A stretch of 64,000 bases of DNA, taken from a bacterium. Its GTDB lineage: Bacteria > Zhuqueibacterota > Zhuqueibacteria > Oceanimicrobiales > Oceanimicrobiaceae. The notes under the pieces were generated by a model, which did no database searches, had not been told where the DNA came from, and saw only the letters and a list, made by a program, of their open reading frames with translations. Below are positions 10,518 through 22,230 of the stretch, piece by piece (the stretch's first letter is position 1; each line of letters starts with the position of its first letter). Location: positions 1 through 64,000 of the forward strand of contig JBHIAC010000004.1 in NCBI GenBank assembly GCA_046758365.1. The letters are read 5' to 3'. Both the position numbers and the translations under genes were made by a program.

Positions 10518-10669
10518 CCTAAATTGAGCGATTTTACCTTGAATTGTTACCTAAACGAGTTTCGGCAAGATCAGTGTTGGGTGTTCACGCTTTAGCGTGA
10601 TGTCCCCCCCAATGCAAGCTGAAGCTTGAACACCATCCGCTCCCCCGATATAAAATCGCTCAATTCAGG
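10518..10669. mobile_element. MITE-like element family A, copy 1 (19-bp TIRs, internal REP-like doublet)
   Basis: CCTAAATTGAGCGATTTTA ... TAAAATCGCTCAATTCAGG; closely related copy at 62020-62185. Confidence 0.8.
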
Positions 10670-10679
10670 ATATAGTAAG

Positions 10680-12170
<1,491 letters not shown>

Positions 12171-12218
12171 AAAATATCGGAAATTGAATAAGAAGAATAG
12201 TCAATACAAACTTTCTCT

Positions 12219-12300
12219 GCCGTTTCCTACGCCAGTATTATCTGGATCAAGTTCAAAGGGTTAACTCTCAGCCGACAATCTGAGCCAGCACCCCTACGGC
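12219..12300 (-). ncRNA. TPP riboswitch (THI element)
   Basis: Minus strand GCCGTAGGGGTGC...GCTGAGA...ACCCTTTGAACTTGATCCAGATAATACTGGCGTAGGAAACGGC upstream of thiC. Confidence 0.95.
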
Positions 12301-12381
12301 TAAAAATTAATATACAAAATATTTATTGCATAAGCAACTATTAATATAGTTTGTTCATTAATTTTGCACATATAATAGTCA

Positions 12382-12500
12382 AACCCCGATTTTCCTTAAT
12401 GTTAGTGGATATAAAACGGAATCTGGTTGGTTTGAGCCAGACTCTAACTATTTTCATAATTTTCAATGGTTTCTGATTTCTATAATGCAAAATCGGGGTT
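12382..12500. repeat. Inverted-repeat-bounded element (possible MITE family C)
   Basis: AACCCCGATTTT ... AAAATCGGGGTT, extendable imperfectly on both sides; single copy in the window. Confidence 0.5.
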
Positions 12501-12504
12501 GTTA

Positions 12505-12927
12505 CTATTTCTTTTCTTTGATTAATTGTATTTCTGTGCCATCTTGTTTAAAATTGAATTTGACGTCATCCATCAAAGTTGAAAGAATAAAAATTCCCCG
12601 GCCACTTTCTTTTAACAAATTTTCAGGGGCTAATGGATCGCTTAAATTGGTGGGGTCAAAACCTCTTCCTTGGTCTTTTACGGTTACAATGAGCTTACTT
12701 TCTTGAAAGGCAAATTTTATATGAACCTTCTTTTCTATATCTTTATTATTGCCATGTATGATGGCATTATTTACGGCTTCCGTAACTGCAATCGCCAGGC
12801 TATCCTTTTCCTCATCATTAAATTTCATCTCATCGGCTGCCTTTTCAGCAAATTTTTCAACAGTCGCTATCTCTTCAAGTTTACTGGGAATAGTCACTTC
12901 AAAATTTTTTTCCTTTTTTCCACTCAC
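12505..12927 (-). CDS. RsbW-like anti-sigma factor / Ser-Thr kinase (HATPase_c_2)
   Basis: AVTEAVNNAIIHGN, DQGRGFD, GRGIFI. Confidence 0.9.
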   Translation of the reverse strand: MSGKKEKNFEVTIPSKLEEIATVEKFAEKAADEMKFNDEEKDSLAIAVTEAVNNAIIHGNNKDIEKKVHIKFAFQESKLIVTVKDQGRGFDPTNLSDPLAPENLLKESGRGIFILSTLMDDVKFNFKQDGTEIQLIKEKK

Positions 12928-12941
12928 GGGAATTCCTTCTT

Positions 12942-14834
12942 TTAAAAGAACCAGTTCAAATGAACATCAAAATGATTGATGTATTCTGTGTTTCTTCGAG
13001 ACGAAAAAACCACTTGAGTGTTTCCTAAAAAGACGAACTCCAATGTTCGACTGGGTCGATAGGAAATTTCCAATAAAGGACCAAAGTTTGTGTGCTGATC
13101 TTTAACACTTTTTTTAAAGGAGCCGTTCTCCTTAACACTATGATCCCAACGCAGTTGTTGAAAAAAACTACCGCCTGGTGAAAAAACTAAATTTGACCCG
13201 ATTTTATGTCGAAAATAAACTTGTATTTGCTGATTTCTCCAGGAAAGTGCTAACTGCTGACGCCATAGATTATAAAATAATTTTCCTTGTTCTGCCAATT
13301 CCAAATGAAAACCAAGTTCAACCCAAGTCTTTGGGGTTAAGGCAAAATTGCTGGTATTTGACATGATGAATTGTCTATTCACTATATTACGATTGCTGGT
13401 TTCTGGATCATCAAAATCATAAGTTTGGTATTTGGCGCGTACGGTAAAACTTTGCCTAAAATAAAAATTACTACTTGGCTGATAAACAATTTCAGGAGTC
13501 AGTTGAAAAATTCTCTCCCAATTATTGCCACTGCTAAATTTCCCAGAAACATATACAAAATGATTGAGAAATGCACTCCCTCGCCATACAATTCTGAGGG
13601 TTGGGTTAAATATATGGGCATGGGAAAAATTAAAGTGCCATCTGAGTTGATCGTGACTGTTGGAATTCGTAGTATCAGATGTGTCATACTGAAATTTGGA
13701 AACCGATGAAAATAACCCTAAGGAGTCGGATGAAGTAACTTTTAATCCTGCATGCAACCCCAAACTTACATTTAAGTCGTCGGTATCGAATCCTAAAGAG
13801 GGGTGTCGGGTTCTGAATGGGTCCACAATTTTCCCTTGAGGGCGACAATCATCTCGTGAACGAGACCGAAAACTCCAACTCAAATTGCTAAACCAGGAAG
13901 ATTTTTTAAGATTTAAGATTAAAGTATGATTCGTTTCAAAACCAGCATCGTCTTTACGTAACTCGGTTTCATTATCCCTGAGGTTGTTTACTTTAAAAGA
14001 GGTAGCTAAAACAGAGTTTTTTAGTAATAAGAAAACATTAGAAGCAATTTTATAACTAAGACGATTTTCCAAACCCCGATTAGACTGAGTGAGGTTTCTT
14101 ATGAAAATCCCATCAACATCTGCGTCGAAACTGTCCCTCTGGAGACGGTCAAAAAATATTATTAACGTATCAGCAGTAGATTCATAAAAATTGCGGACCA
14201 CTTTATATCGAAATTTTATATCTTCATTTTTTCTCTGTGGGGTAAAATTTTGTTCACTTAAAAATGATACGTCGTTTATATAGTCATGAAAATCTATTTT
14301 ATTGAAATTAGCCTCCAATCCATAACTAAAACCTTGATCGCTTTGTTCCATCTGGGTCTGCCATTTGCTGTGTACCGACGGGGCAATAGAAATCTTTGAA
14401 TTGGGCTGGTAAACGACTTTTAACGTACTTGCATGTAAAGTAACATCATTGTCAAATCCTGCTAAGGGATCAGAAAGCATGTAAGATATAAATTCAGATT
14501 CTATCAACAAGTTGTTTGTAACGGGATATCCGATACTTAGAGTTAAATTGTGCTCATCCTTCCATAGGTCCATAGTTGAAATTCTTTGTAAGGTGGAACC
14601 AAAGTCTTCAGAAAAGTTAAATTCCAAACAATTATCTAATTCCTTCAAAATTTTTAGATTATAATTCCATTTGTAAAAATTCAAATCCTGACTAAAGCTC
14701 AGCTTAGAAAAACTTGGGTAAAGTGATATTGATTTGGCCTCCTGTTGTGATTGTGCAAATACCAACACTGGTATAATAAATACAATCAACGGCAAATTAA
14801 TCGTGATGATATTGGCCAAATGGCTTGTAAACAT
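12942..14834 (-). CDS. Hypothetical outer membrane beta-barrel protein
   Basis: Signal peptide, alternating beta-strand pattern, ends in HLNWFF beta-signal. Confidence 0.7.
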   Translation of the reverse strand: MFTSHLANIITINLPLIVFIIPVLVFAQSQQEAKSISLYPSFSKLSFSQDLNFYKWNYNLKILKELDNCLEFNFSEDFGSTLQRISTMDLWKDEHNLTLSIGYPVTNNLLIESEFISYMLSDPLAGFDNDVTLHASTLKVVYQPNSKISIAPSVHSKWQTQMEQSDQGFSYGLEANFNKIDFHDYINDVSFLSEQNFTPQRKNEDIKFRYKVVRNFYESTADTLIIFFDRLQRDSFDADVDGIFIRNLTQSNRGLENRLSYKIASNVFLLLKNSVLATSFKVNNLRDNETELRKDDAGFETNHTLILNLKKSSWFSNLSWSFRSRSRDDCRPQGKIVDPFRTRHPSLGFDTDDLNVSLGLHAGLKVTSSDSLGLFSSVSKFQYDTSDTTNSNSHDQLRWHFNFSHAHIFNPTLRIVWRGSAFLNHFVYVSGKFSSGNNWERIFQLTPEIVYQPSSNFYFRQSFTVRAKYQTYDFDDPETSNRNIVNRQFIMSNTSNFALTPKTWVELGFHLELAEQGKLFYNLWRQQLALSWRNQQIQVYFRHKIGSNLVFSPGGSFFQQLRWDHSVKENGSFKKSVKDQHTNFGPLLEISYRPSRTLEFVFLGNTQVVFSSRRNTEYINHFDVHLNWFF

Positions 14835-14868
14835 TATTTAATTAAAGTATCCAAACAAAAATGTTTAC

Positions 14869-15567
14869 TTAATTCCTGAGATTAATTTTTGCAGACGCTC
14901 GTATAGAATTTTTTTCTTTCTTAGAAATTTTTGGTACTATGGCGCCCCCTGAAATAATAAGTTTCAATGCTTCCTCAATGGATAATTCTAATTCAATAAT
15001 ATCATTCTTTGGTACAAACAGAAGGAATCCAGAAGTAGGGTTTGGTGTAGTGGGTAAAAATACGCTCACCACATCTTCCTCTAATACTTCTTGAACGGGT
15101 CCTCGGGTATCTTGAGTATAAAAACCGATGGAATAAATGCCCTTTCTCGGATATTCAAATAGTACGGCTTTTTTGAAAACTTCTCGTTTTTCAGAAAAAA
15201 AGGCAAAACTGATCTGTTTAATAGCACTATAAACTCTGTTAATTAATGGAATCCGTTGAACAATCTTATCGCCAAAATTTACAATTTTTCTACCAAAATA
15301 ATTTCGTGCAATGATACCGGTAAGGATGATAATAAAAATGAGCGTAATAAATCCAATGCCGATTATCTGTTTTTTCCCAATCCCAAGAGGTTCTAATATA
15401 AAATTGTAAGCAAATCCACGTAAGATGCCATCTATAGCTAAAAACAGATTCCAAATAATCAAAACAGTACCAACTAAAGGGATTAGCACTAATAAGCCGG
15501 TAAAAAAATAAGCTCTAATTTTTCGCCCAATCCCGCCCTTGGGTGCTAGTGGTTTTGAATCAGTCAC
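14869..15567 (-). CDS. DUF502 domain membrane protein
   Basis: YFFTGLLVLIP, RIPLINRVY, EYPRKG, VFLPTTPNPTSGF. Confidence 0.92.
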   Translation of the reverse strand: MTDSKPLAPKGGIGRKIRAYFFTGLLVLIPLVGTVLIIWNLFLAIDGILRGFAYNFILEPLGIGKKQIIGIGFITLIFIIILTGIIARNYFGRKIVNFGDKIVQRIPLINRVYSAIKQISFAFFSEKREVFKKAVLFEYPRKGIYSIGFYTQDTRGPVQEVLEEDVVSVFLPTTPNPTSGFLLFVPKNDIIELELSIEEALKLIISGGAIVPKISKKEKNSIRASAKINLRN

Positions 15568-15884
15568 TTGTTATCCTTTTCCTTTATTATATAAATTTTT
15601 TCTCCTTGCTTCCCCATCTTATATTCTTCTCGAGCAATTTTTTCGATATAGGCCAAATCAGTATTCAATTTTTCTATTTGCTCTGACAACTCTTTCTTTT
15701 CGAGCTCGAAGTCTTTTACTTCAGAAAAAAGTTCTTTGTGTTTTTGTTTTAATTTCAAAAATTTGTAGATATTATATTCTCCTCCAAAGCATAAGTAAAG
15801 AAAAAGTAAAATAGCTGCTCCCCCAATTAGAGTGCGAATCCTTTTTTTCTTGGAAATCATCATGGCCTCAAGTATAAATATCAA
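15564..15884 (-). CDS. Septum formation initiator (FtsB/DivIC family)
   Basis: TM helix, coiled coil, YIEKIAREEYKMGKQGE; start uncertain. Confidence 0.88.
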   Translation of the reverse strand: MIFILEAMMISKKKRIRTLIGGAAILLFLYLCFGGEYNIYKFLKLKQKHKELFSEVKDFELEKKELSEQIEKLNTDLAYIEKIAREEYKMGKQGEKIYIIKEKDNK

Positions 15885-15889
15885 TAATA

Positions 15890-16600
15890 TTTAAGGAAAT
15901 TTTCTAAGAAAGTCAACAATTTATTTTTTACCTAGAGTGATGTCTAATTAATCAAAATTTGAATTTCAACGAATAATTCAATTTTAAGGACTACTATGTA
16001 TTTTTCAAACAAGAATTTCTTTTAATTAAATAGAGTACGCCAATTTATTAAATATTTTCATGTAAAATTTATTTTAATGTTTTTAATACCTTTTTCAGAA
16101 TGTAATTTTTACCCTCATATCTAAAGTTATCCACATAATTATAAGGAAGCCAAATTACAGTTATGAAATCAACCTCAATTGCTTTGATAATTGTAGGTAA
16201 CATTTTGAATTTACATGATTTTTTTTATTGATCAAAATAATTGTTTCGAGAATTGCATATTTTATCGATTTATCATTTTGTTTTAACATAATTTATAACA
16301 TCGTGATTTTAATTTTCTAAATGTTCAGCTATATTTGAAATTATTTTTGTGGTTATTCGCAATAATCTTATTTTTTAAAATTTTTACCATAAATTCATAT
16401 TTAGATTAGGGATTTAATGGGTTATCCACAAATTATTAACATTTCGTGGAAAACTTCGCCTTTCATAAAAGTTTTAATGTTTTTGCTTTTTTTATAAAAT
16501 CAAAGAGGCTTTTCAATCTAAACCACTGTCAGGCTTTTTTTATCATATCTAAACTTCGTCATTTTGGTGGAGATAATTTAAAATTTAAATGTAAAGTAGT
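15890..16600. other. Candidate chromosomal replication origin (oriC)
   Basis: Very AT-rich non-coding gap; perfect DnaA boxes TTATCCACA at 16127 and 16422 plus four 2-mismatch boxes; gene strand switch nearby. Confidence 0.65.
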
Positions 16601-16925
16601 TCAATGAGAAAGTCTAGAGTTATGGGATGTCTGCAAAATCTCACTTATGATTACTTCAGCCACTTCAATTTGAGGGTAGTGGCCAACGTCGGGAAGTTCA
16701 AATATATCGGCGTTTGAAATGCATTTGCGAATGTGGTTGGAAATGTGACAACCTGAGACTGGATCTTCTAATCCCCCATAGGAAATGAATTGTGACTGTT
16801 GAGATCTCTAAAGTCTTTTCCCAGCGGGATTTGTAAAACCTGCGTTCTTTTAAGTAGCGAATCAACCTGTGATAATTGCGAATCCCACGATGACGTTTGA
16901 TGGCATCCCAGTTTTGAGTCGACAA
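16601..16925 (-). pseudogene. Frameshifted C-terminal remnant of an alpha/beta hydrolase (MEST/epoxide-hydrolase-like)
   Basis: RLIRYLKERR...RW...IHFLWG, then after a frameshift in a G-run LEDPVSG...ELPDVGHYPQIE. Confidence 0.75.
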
Positions 16926-16931
16926 TCTTCC

Positions 16932-18257
16932 TTAACTGAGTTTAGTATCTTTTGAAGATTCAGCAACCGCAGTAAGTTTAGGCCCATACCCTTTAGGTGA
17001 ATATTCAAACTCCCCTTCAGTCGAAGCCACAACCGAAGCACAAGAGGCATCACCAGTTACATTAATGGCAGTACGACACATGTCTAAAATTCGGTCTACT
17101 CCCAAAATCAAGGCTATCCCCTCCAAAGGAATTCCCACGGTTTTGAGAACCAGAGCTAGTGTAATCATACCAACACCAGGCACACCAGCGGCTCCAATGG
17201 AAGCCAGGGTAGCTGTTAAAACGATCATAAGTTGCTGGCCAAGGTTTAGTCCCATGCCAAATACTTGAGCAATAAATACAGCAGCAACCCCTTGATAAAG
17301 AGCGGTACCGTCCATGTTAATGGTGGCTCCGAGAGGTAGTACAAAACTTGAGACTTCTTTTGAAACACCGAGATTATCTTCCACGCATTCCATGGTAACT
17401 GGCAGGGTAGCCGAGCTGGAGCTGGAACTAAAAGCTATAAGCTGGGCTGGTCGTATGCCTTTGAAAAATTCTAGTACTCGAATTTTGGTAAAAAGTTTTA
17501 ATAATGAAGGATAAGTTACAAAAGCGTGAATTGCCAAACCAAAAACGACTACCAGAGAATATTTAGCTAAGGTCAATAAAATACCTGCGCCAAACTCGCC
17601 GATAATTGCTGCGATTAACGCAAAAACTCCATAAGGAGCAAATTCCATGATGATGGTAACCATCTTTATCATAACATCATTTAAGCCATCAAAAAATCCA
17701 AGAAGCGGTTTGGCTTTATCTTGGGGAATCAGTGTAATGGTAATTCCAAGAAATAGCGCAAAAAATATAATTTGAAGCATATTGCCTTCAGCAAAAGATT
17801 TCATGGGATTCGTAGGGATGATATTCAATAAAACTTCAGCCAAGCTGGGTTTCTCTAAAGCCTGTTCAATTTTTGTTGCGGCTTCTGCCTGATAATTAGC
17901 CATCAACTGTACTTTGGTATCTTCTGGCAGGCCTCTTCCAGGGCCTATTGCGTTTGCCAAAATTAACCCAATAGTTATGGCCACGGCTGTGGTAAAAATG
18001 TAATAAACGATAGTTTTTCCACCGATTCTGCCGAGTTTACGGATATCGTTTAGACTCGCCGTTCCCACGAGCAAAGAAGCAAAAACCAGAGGCACGACAA
18101 TCAAGCTGATTAGTCGTATGAAGGCCGTACCGAAAGGTTTGATGTATGATGAAAAGAAATCAGCAAAACCGAATTTGTTAGCAAGAACTCCTGCCACAGC
18201 TCCAAAAATTAAACCCAGAAGAATTTTCGTGTATAACTCTAATTTTGGTAGTCTCAT
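16932..18257 (-). CDS. Dicarboxylate/amino acid:cation symporter (GltP/DAACS family)
   Basis: FSSSSSSATLP, GATINMDGTALY, DRILDMCRT. Confidence 0.95.
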   Translation of the reverse strand: MRLPKLELYTKILLGLIFGAVAGVLANKFGFADFFSSYIKPFGTAFIRLISLIVVPLVFASLLVGTASLNDIRKLGRIGGKTIVYYIFTTAVAITIGLILANAIGPGRGLPEDTKVQLMANYQAEAATKIEQALEKPSLAEVLLNIIPTNPMKSFAEGNMLQIIFFALFLGITITLIPQDKAKPLLGFFDGLNDVMIKMVTIIMEFAPYGVFALIAAIIGEFGAGILLTLAKYSLVVVFGLAIHAFVTYPSLLKLFTKIRVLEFFKGIRPAQLIAFSSSSSSATLPVTMECVEDNLGVSKEVSSFVLPLGATINMDGTALYQGVAAVFIAQVFGMGLNLGQQLMIVLTATLASIGAAGVPGVGMITLALVLKTVGIPLEGIALILGVDRILDMCRTAINVTGDASCASVVASTEGEFEYSPKGYGPKLTAVAESSKDTKLS

Positions 18258-18392
18258 GCGTTTTACCCTTATTTATTGATATTTACAAAATTTTAATAGG
18301 GTGAAAATAACAAAATTTATCAAATAAGTAAAGTAAAAAAGCCTGCTATTTTTTATTGACAATTTCTATGAATTGTTTAAATTCAAGTAATT

Positions 18393-19250
18393 ATGAATTT
18401 TCTTGAACGCTTTCTCCACATCACTAAAAAACAAAACAGTTTGCTCTGCGTAGGGTTGGATCCTGATATCCATCGAATCCCTAAAATTGTCACTTTCGAT
18501 CCCGAGCCTCTTTTTAAATTTTGCGCAGAAATTATAACAAGCACCAAACACGCTGCGGCTGCCTTTAAACTAAATTTTGCTTTCTTCGAGGCAGAGGGTT
18601 CTAAAGGTTGGTCAGTATTAGAAAAATTGGTGGAATTGATTCCGACAACCACTTTAAAAATCGCTGACGCCAAGCGAGGAGACATAGGTAGTTCATCGGA
18701 AATGTACGCGGCTGCCATTTTAGAACGCTTGGGCTTTGATGCAGTAACAGTTAATCCTTACTTGGGAAGAGATTCCATTGAGCCGTTTTTGCACTGGCCT
18801 GAGAAAGGAGCATTTATTCTCTGCCTTACTTCAAATCCTGGTTCTAAAGATTTTCAATATTTTTCAGATGGGTCCAAGACCCTTTTTACAAAAGTTCTTG
18901 AGCAGGCTAAAATATGGAATAATAGACAAAATTGTGGGTTGGTGGTGGGCGCAACTCACCCAAAAGAATTACAAACTCTCAGAGAAGTAGCGCCTAATTT
19001 ACCTTTTTTAATACCAGGTTTGGGAGTACAGGGAGGAGATTTAAAAGCAGCAGTAATGCATGGAACGGATGAATTCGGGCAAATGGCCTTATTCAATACT
19101 AGTCGGAGTATTATTTATAAATCCTGCGGGAGTGATTTTGCAGAAGCCGCACAACGAGAAGCTGAGCTTTTACGAGATAAAATCAATAAAATAAGAAAAT
19201 CAAAAATGTCAAACAAATATGGATCAAGAAGAAATTTTAGAAATTTTTAA
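18393..19250 (+). CDS. pyrF: Orotidine-5'-phosphate decarboxylase
   Basis: LCVGLDP, DAKRGDIG, TSNPGS, VVGAT, PGLGVQGG. Confidence 0.96.
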   Translation: MNFLERFLHITKKQNSLLCVGLDPDIHRIPKIVTFDPEPLFKFCAEIITSTKHAAAAFKLNFAFFEAEGSKGWSVLEKLVELIPTTTLKIADAKRGDIGSSSEMYAAAILERLGFDAVTVNPYLGRDSIEPFLHWPEKGAFILCLTSNPGSKDFQYFSDGSKTLFTKVLEQAKIWNNRQNCGLVVGATHPKELQTLREVAPNLPFLIPGLGVQGGDLKAAVMHGTDEFGQMALFNTSRSIIYKSCGSDFAEAAQREAELLRDKINKIRKSKMSNKYGSRRNFRNF

Positions 19251-19791
19251 AAAAAAAGGAGCGCTGATAACTGGCCACTTTTTATTGACTTCGGGACTCC
19301 ACAGTCACCAATACCTTCAATGCGCGAATGTCTTACAATATCCAGACCTTGCAGAAAAGCTGTGTTTACAAATTGCAAATTACTTTGCAGAGCATGAAAT
19401 AAGTGTGGTGATTGCGCCTGCAGTTGGTGGGATTTTGGTGGCCCACGAAGTGGCCCGGTCTCTTGGTGTAAGGGCTTTATTCACAGAAAGAGAGAATGGG
19501 CTAATGGCTCTCCGTCGGGGCTTTGAGATTCAGAAGAGTGAAAGAGTTCTGGTGGTTGAAGATGTGGTTACTACGGGTGGTTCGGTAAGCAAGGTAATAG
19601 ATTTGGTTAATAAATTGGAAGGTAATCCTGTAGGCGTTGGTTGTCTTGTTGATCGAAGTGGCGGTAAAGTGGATTTTGGCTTAGAATTATTTTCTTTAAT
19701 TACTCTAAAAATCGAAGCCATACCGTCCGCGAAATGCGAACTTTGTAAACAAGGGTTGCCGTTAATAAAACCAGGCAGCAGGATGTTTTAG
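19219..19791 (+). CDS. pyrE: Orotate phosphoribosyltransferase
   Basis: GHFLLTSGLHS, VVEDVVTTGGS, KPGSR. Confidence 0.96.
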   Translation: MDQEEILEIFKKKGALITGHFLLTSGLHSHQYLQCANVLQYPDLAEKLCLQIANYFAEHEISVVIAPAVGGILVAHEVARSLGVRALFTERENGLMALRRGFEIQKSERVLVVEDVVTTGGSVSKVIDLVNKLEGNPVGVGCLVDRSGGKVDFGLELFSLITLKIEAIPSAKCELCKQGLPLIKPGSRMF

Positions 19792-19795
19792 TCTG

Positions 19796-20692
19796 ATGGT
19801 TAGAGTCCGAGTTCCTGCATCCACATCTAATTTAGGTTCGGGTTTCGACACATTTGGACTGGCGCTTCGGTTGTACCTCACTGTAAAGATGGAAATTTCT
19901 CCAGAAGGGTTACAAATTAAAACACTGGGTGAAGGAGCATCAGAAATTCCTACAAATGAGGAAAACCTTATTGTTACATCGGCCAAAAAAGTTTTTGAAA
20001 AACTAAGTAAACCTTTACCGGGACTTAAAATTAAAATCGAAAATCAAATACCCTTGTTTCGAGGTTTAGGAAGCAGTGGTGCTGCTACGATTGCAGGATT
20101 GCTGTGTGCGGCGAAACTTACCAATTCAAAATTAACTAATCAACAAATTCTGTCTTTGGCCAATGAAATAGAAGGGCACCCAGAAAACGCTGCTTCCTCA
20201 CTTTTAGGTGGACTCACCATCAATTGCCTTGAGGATGGAAACGTTATTACTAAAAAAGTCGAAGCGGACGAAAAATTAAAAGCCGTACTCCTCATTCCTG
20301 AAATTACCATTACTACGCAAGATGCTCGTAGGGTTTTGCCGCAAACGGTTCCGCATAAAGATGCGGTATTTAATCTTCAGAGGAGTGCCCTGTTGGCTCA
20401 TGCTTTTATTTCAAGAGATTACGAAGTGCTTAGAGTAGCCATGCAGGACAAACTTCATCAGCCTTATCGGAAACAACTCATTCCGACTTATGACGATTTG
20501 GAAAAAGTTGGTTACAAAAATGGAGCCTTTGGAGTTTGTATTAGTGGTTCTGGCTCGACAATTCTAGGATTAACCTTCGAAGATGATAAACGGCTGCGGC
20601 GCTCTTGGCAGAAAAAAGCCTATGAATTGAATTTGAAAGCTGTAATCGTGAGACTGGGTATTGATGTAAAAGGCGCTAATTTTTTACATTAA
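19796..20692 (+). CDS. thrB: Homoserine kinase
   Basis: VPASTSNLGSGFD, RGLGSSGA, EGHPEN, LHQPYR. Confidence 0.95.
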   Translation: MVRVRVPASTSNLGSGFDTFGLALRLYLTVKMEISPEGLQIKTLGEGASEIPTNEENLIVTSAKKVFEKLSKPLPGLKIKIENQIPLFRGLGSSGAATIAGLLCAAKLTNSKLTNQQILSLANEIEGHPENAASSLLGGLTINCLEDGNVITKKVEADEKLKAVLLIPEITITTQDARRVLPQTVPHKDAVFNLQRSALLAHAFISRDYEVLRVAMQDKLHQPYRKQLIPTYDDLEKVGYKNGAFGVCISGSGSTILGLTFEDDKRLRRSWQKKAYELNLKAVIVRLGIDVKGANFLH

Positions 20693-20895
20693 AATTCAAT
20701 CAAAAAATTTTTATAGGATGAGTAACTACTACTATCCCAGCAATTTCAAAAGGATTTGGAGTGAGTGGCCCAGATCCAGAACTTACCCAAAGAAATTAGA
20801 CTAGTTGTTCCCACCAAGAATCAGCTTGACTTTTGCTTATAATTCCACTAACTTTTATTAGCTTAAAGTAAGCTAAACAAACTAATTAAATTCCC

Positions 20896-22230
20896 ATGGA
20901 ACTTTTCGAAAAGCAAGCCGCAGAAGAGGTGCTGCGATCAACGCCTTTAGCCGATCGCATACGCCCCAAATCCCTTTTAGAATTTGTGGGGCAGGAGCAT
21001 CTTGTGGGAGAAGGGAAAGTCATCCGACGGGCCATTGAAACTGATGAGTTGATTTCAATGATTTTCTGGGGGCCGCCCGGCGTGGGCAAGACTACCTTAG
21101 CTCAGATTATCGCTCGAGAAACGAAATCTGATTTTTTTGAAGTAAGTGCCGTAACCGCAGGTGTAGCAGACATCCGCAAGATAATTGAAAAGGCCAAAGT
21201 CAACCGCAAATTGGCTAAGCATACCATTTTGTTTATTGATGAAATTCACCGCTTTAACAAAGCCCAGCAGGATGCTCTGCTGCATAGCGTCGAGGACGGC
21301 ACCGTGCTGCTCATTGGGGCTACCACAGAAAATCCTTCTTTTGAAGTCATTGCTCCGCTTCTTTCCCGATGTCGAGTTTATCAAATGCATCCATTGTGCT
21401 TTGAAGAAATCGAGGCGGTCATCCAAAGAGCCCTTTCTCAGGATAAAATTTTAAGTAAGGAAAAGTTTTTATTTAAAAACAATTCAAAAGCGCTGTTAAT
21501 TAATCATTCTGGCGGTGATGCTCGAATTGCTTTAAACGCCTTAGAGCTTGCATTTAAACTGGCTCTAAAATCTTCAGATGACCATAGAAAAATTGATGAA
21601 AAGTTGGTTAAAGAAGTCTTCCAAAGAAAAACGGCTTTCTACGATAAAAAAGGGGACTATCATTATGACACCATTTCTGCGTTTATAAAGAGTGTTCGAG
21701 GGTCTGATCCAAACGCAGCCCTGTATTGGCTGGCGCGCATGATTGAGGCTGGAGAAGATCCCAAATTCATCGCAAGAAGGCTCATAATTTTAGCCTCAGA
21801 GGACATTGGGAATGCGGATCCTCAGGCCTTGGTTTTGGCCACGGCTGCTTTTACTGCCATAACCTATGTTGGAATGCCTGAAGGGCGATTGGTCCTTGCG
21901 CAAGTCACCACTTATTTAGCCACCGCCCCTAAAAGTAACGCCTCCTATAAAGCAATTGAATCAGCGGTGCAAGACATACGAGAAAAGCCGTTGGAAAATG
22001 TGCCATTGCATCTTAGAAATGCCCCCACCCCACTCATGAAAAAAGAAGGTTATGCCAAAGGCTATCTTTATCCCCATGATTATGATGGGAATTTTGTTGA
22101 ACAACAATATTTACCTGAGAGTTTAAAAGAAAGAGTTTACTACTGGCCTTCAGAGAATGGTTTTGAAAAAAATTTAAAAGAACGACTTCAAAAGCTTTGG
22201 GAAAAATACAGAAAGAAACATGAAGCGTAA
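20896..22230 (+). CDS. rarA: Replication-associated recombination protein A (AAA+)
   Basis: [39 protein letters not shown]. Confidence 0.96.
   Translation: MELFEKQAAEEVLRSTPLADRIRPKSLLEFVGQEHLVGEGKVIRRAIETDELISMIFWGPPGVGKTTLAQIIARETKSDFFEVSAVTAGVADIRKIIEKAKVNRKLAKHTILFIDEIHRFNKAQQDALLHSVEDGTVLLIGATTENPSFEVIAPLLSRCRVYQMHPLCFEEIEAVIQRALSQDKILSKEKFLFKNNSKALLINHSGGDARIALNALELAFKLALKSSDDHRKIDEKLVKEVFQRKTAFYDKKGDYHYDTISAFIKSVRGSDPNAALYWLARMIEAGEDPKFIARRLIILASEDIGNADPQALVLATAAFTAITYVGMPEGRLVLAQVTTYLATAPKSNASYKAIESAVQDIREKPLENVPLHLRNAPTPLMKKEGYAKGYLYPHDYDGNFVEQQYLPESLKERVYYWPSENGFEKNLKERLQKLWEKYRKKHEA

Noticed and set aside
16683..16690. CCAACGTC matching the MITE family B end
   Set aside because: No partner end or target duplication; it encodes D-V-G of the hydrolase remnant
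20718..20810. 28-codon ORF between thrB and rarA
   Set aside because: Weak RBS, no motif, no supporting evidence
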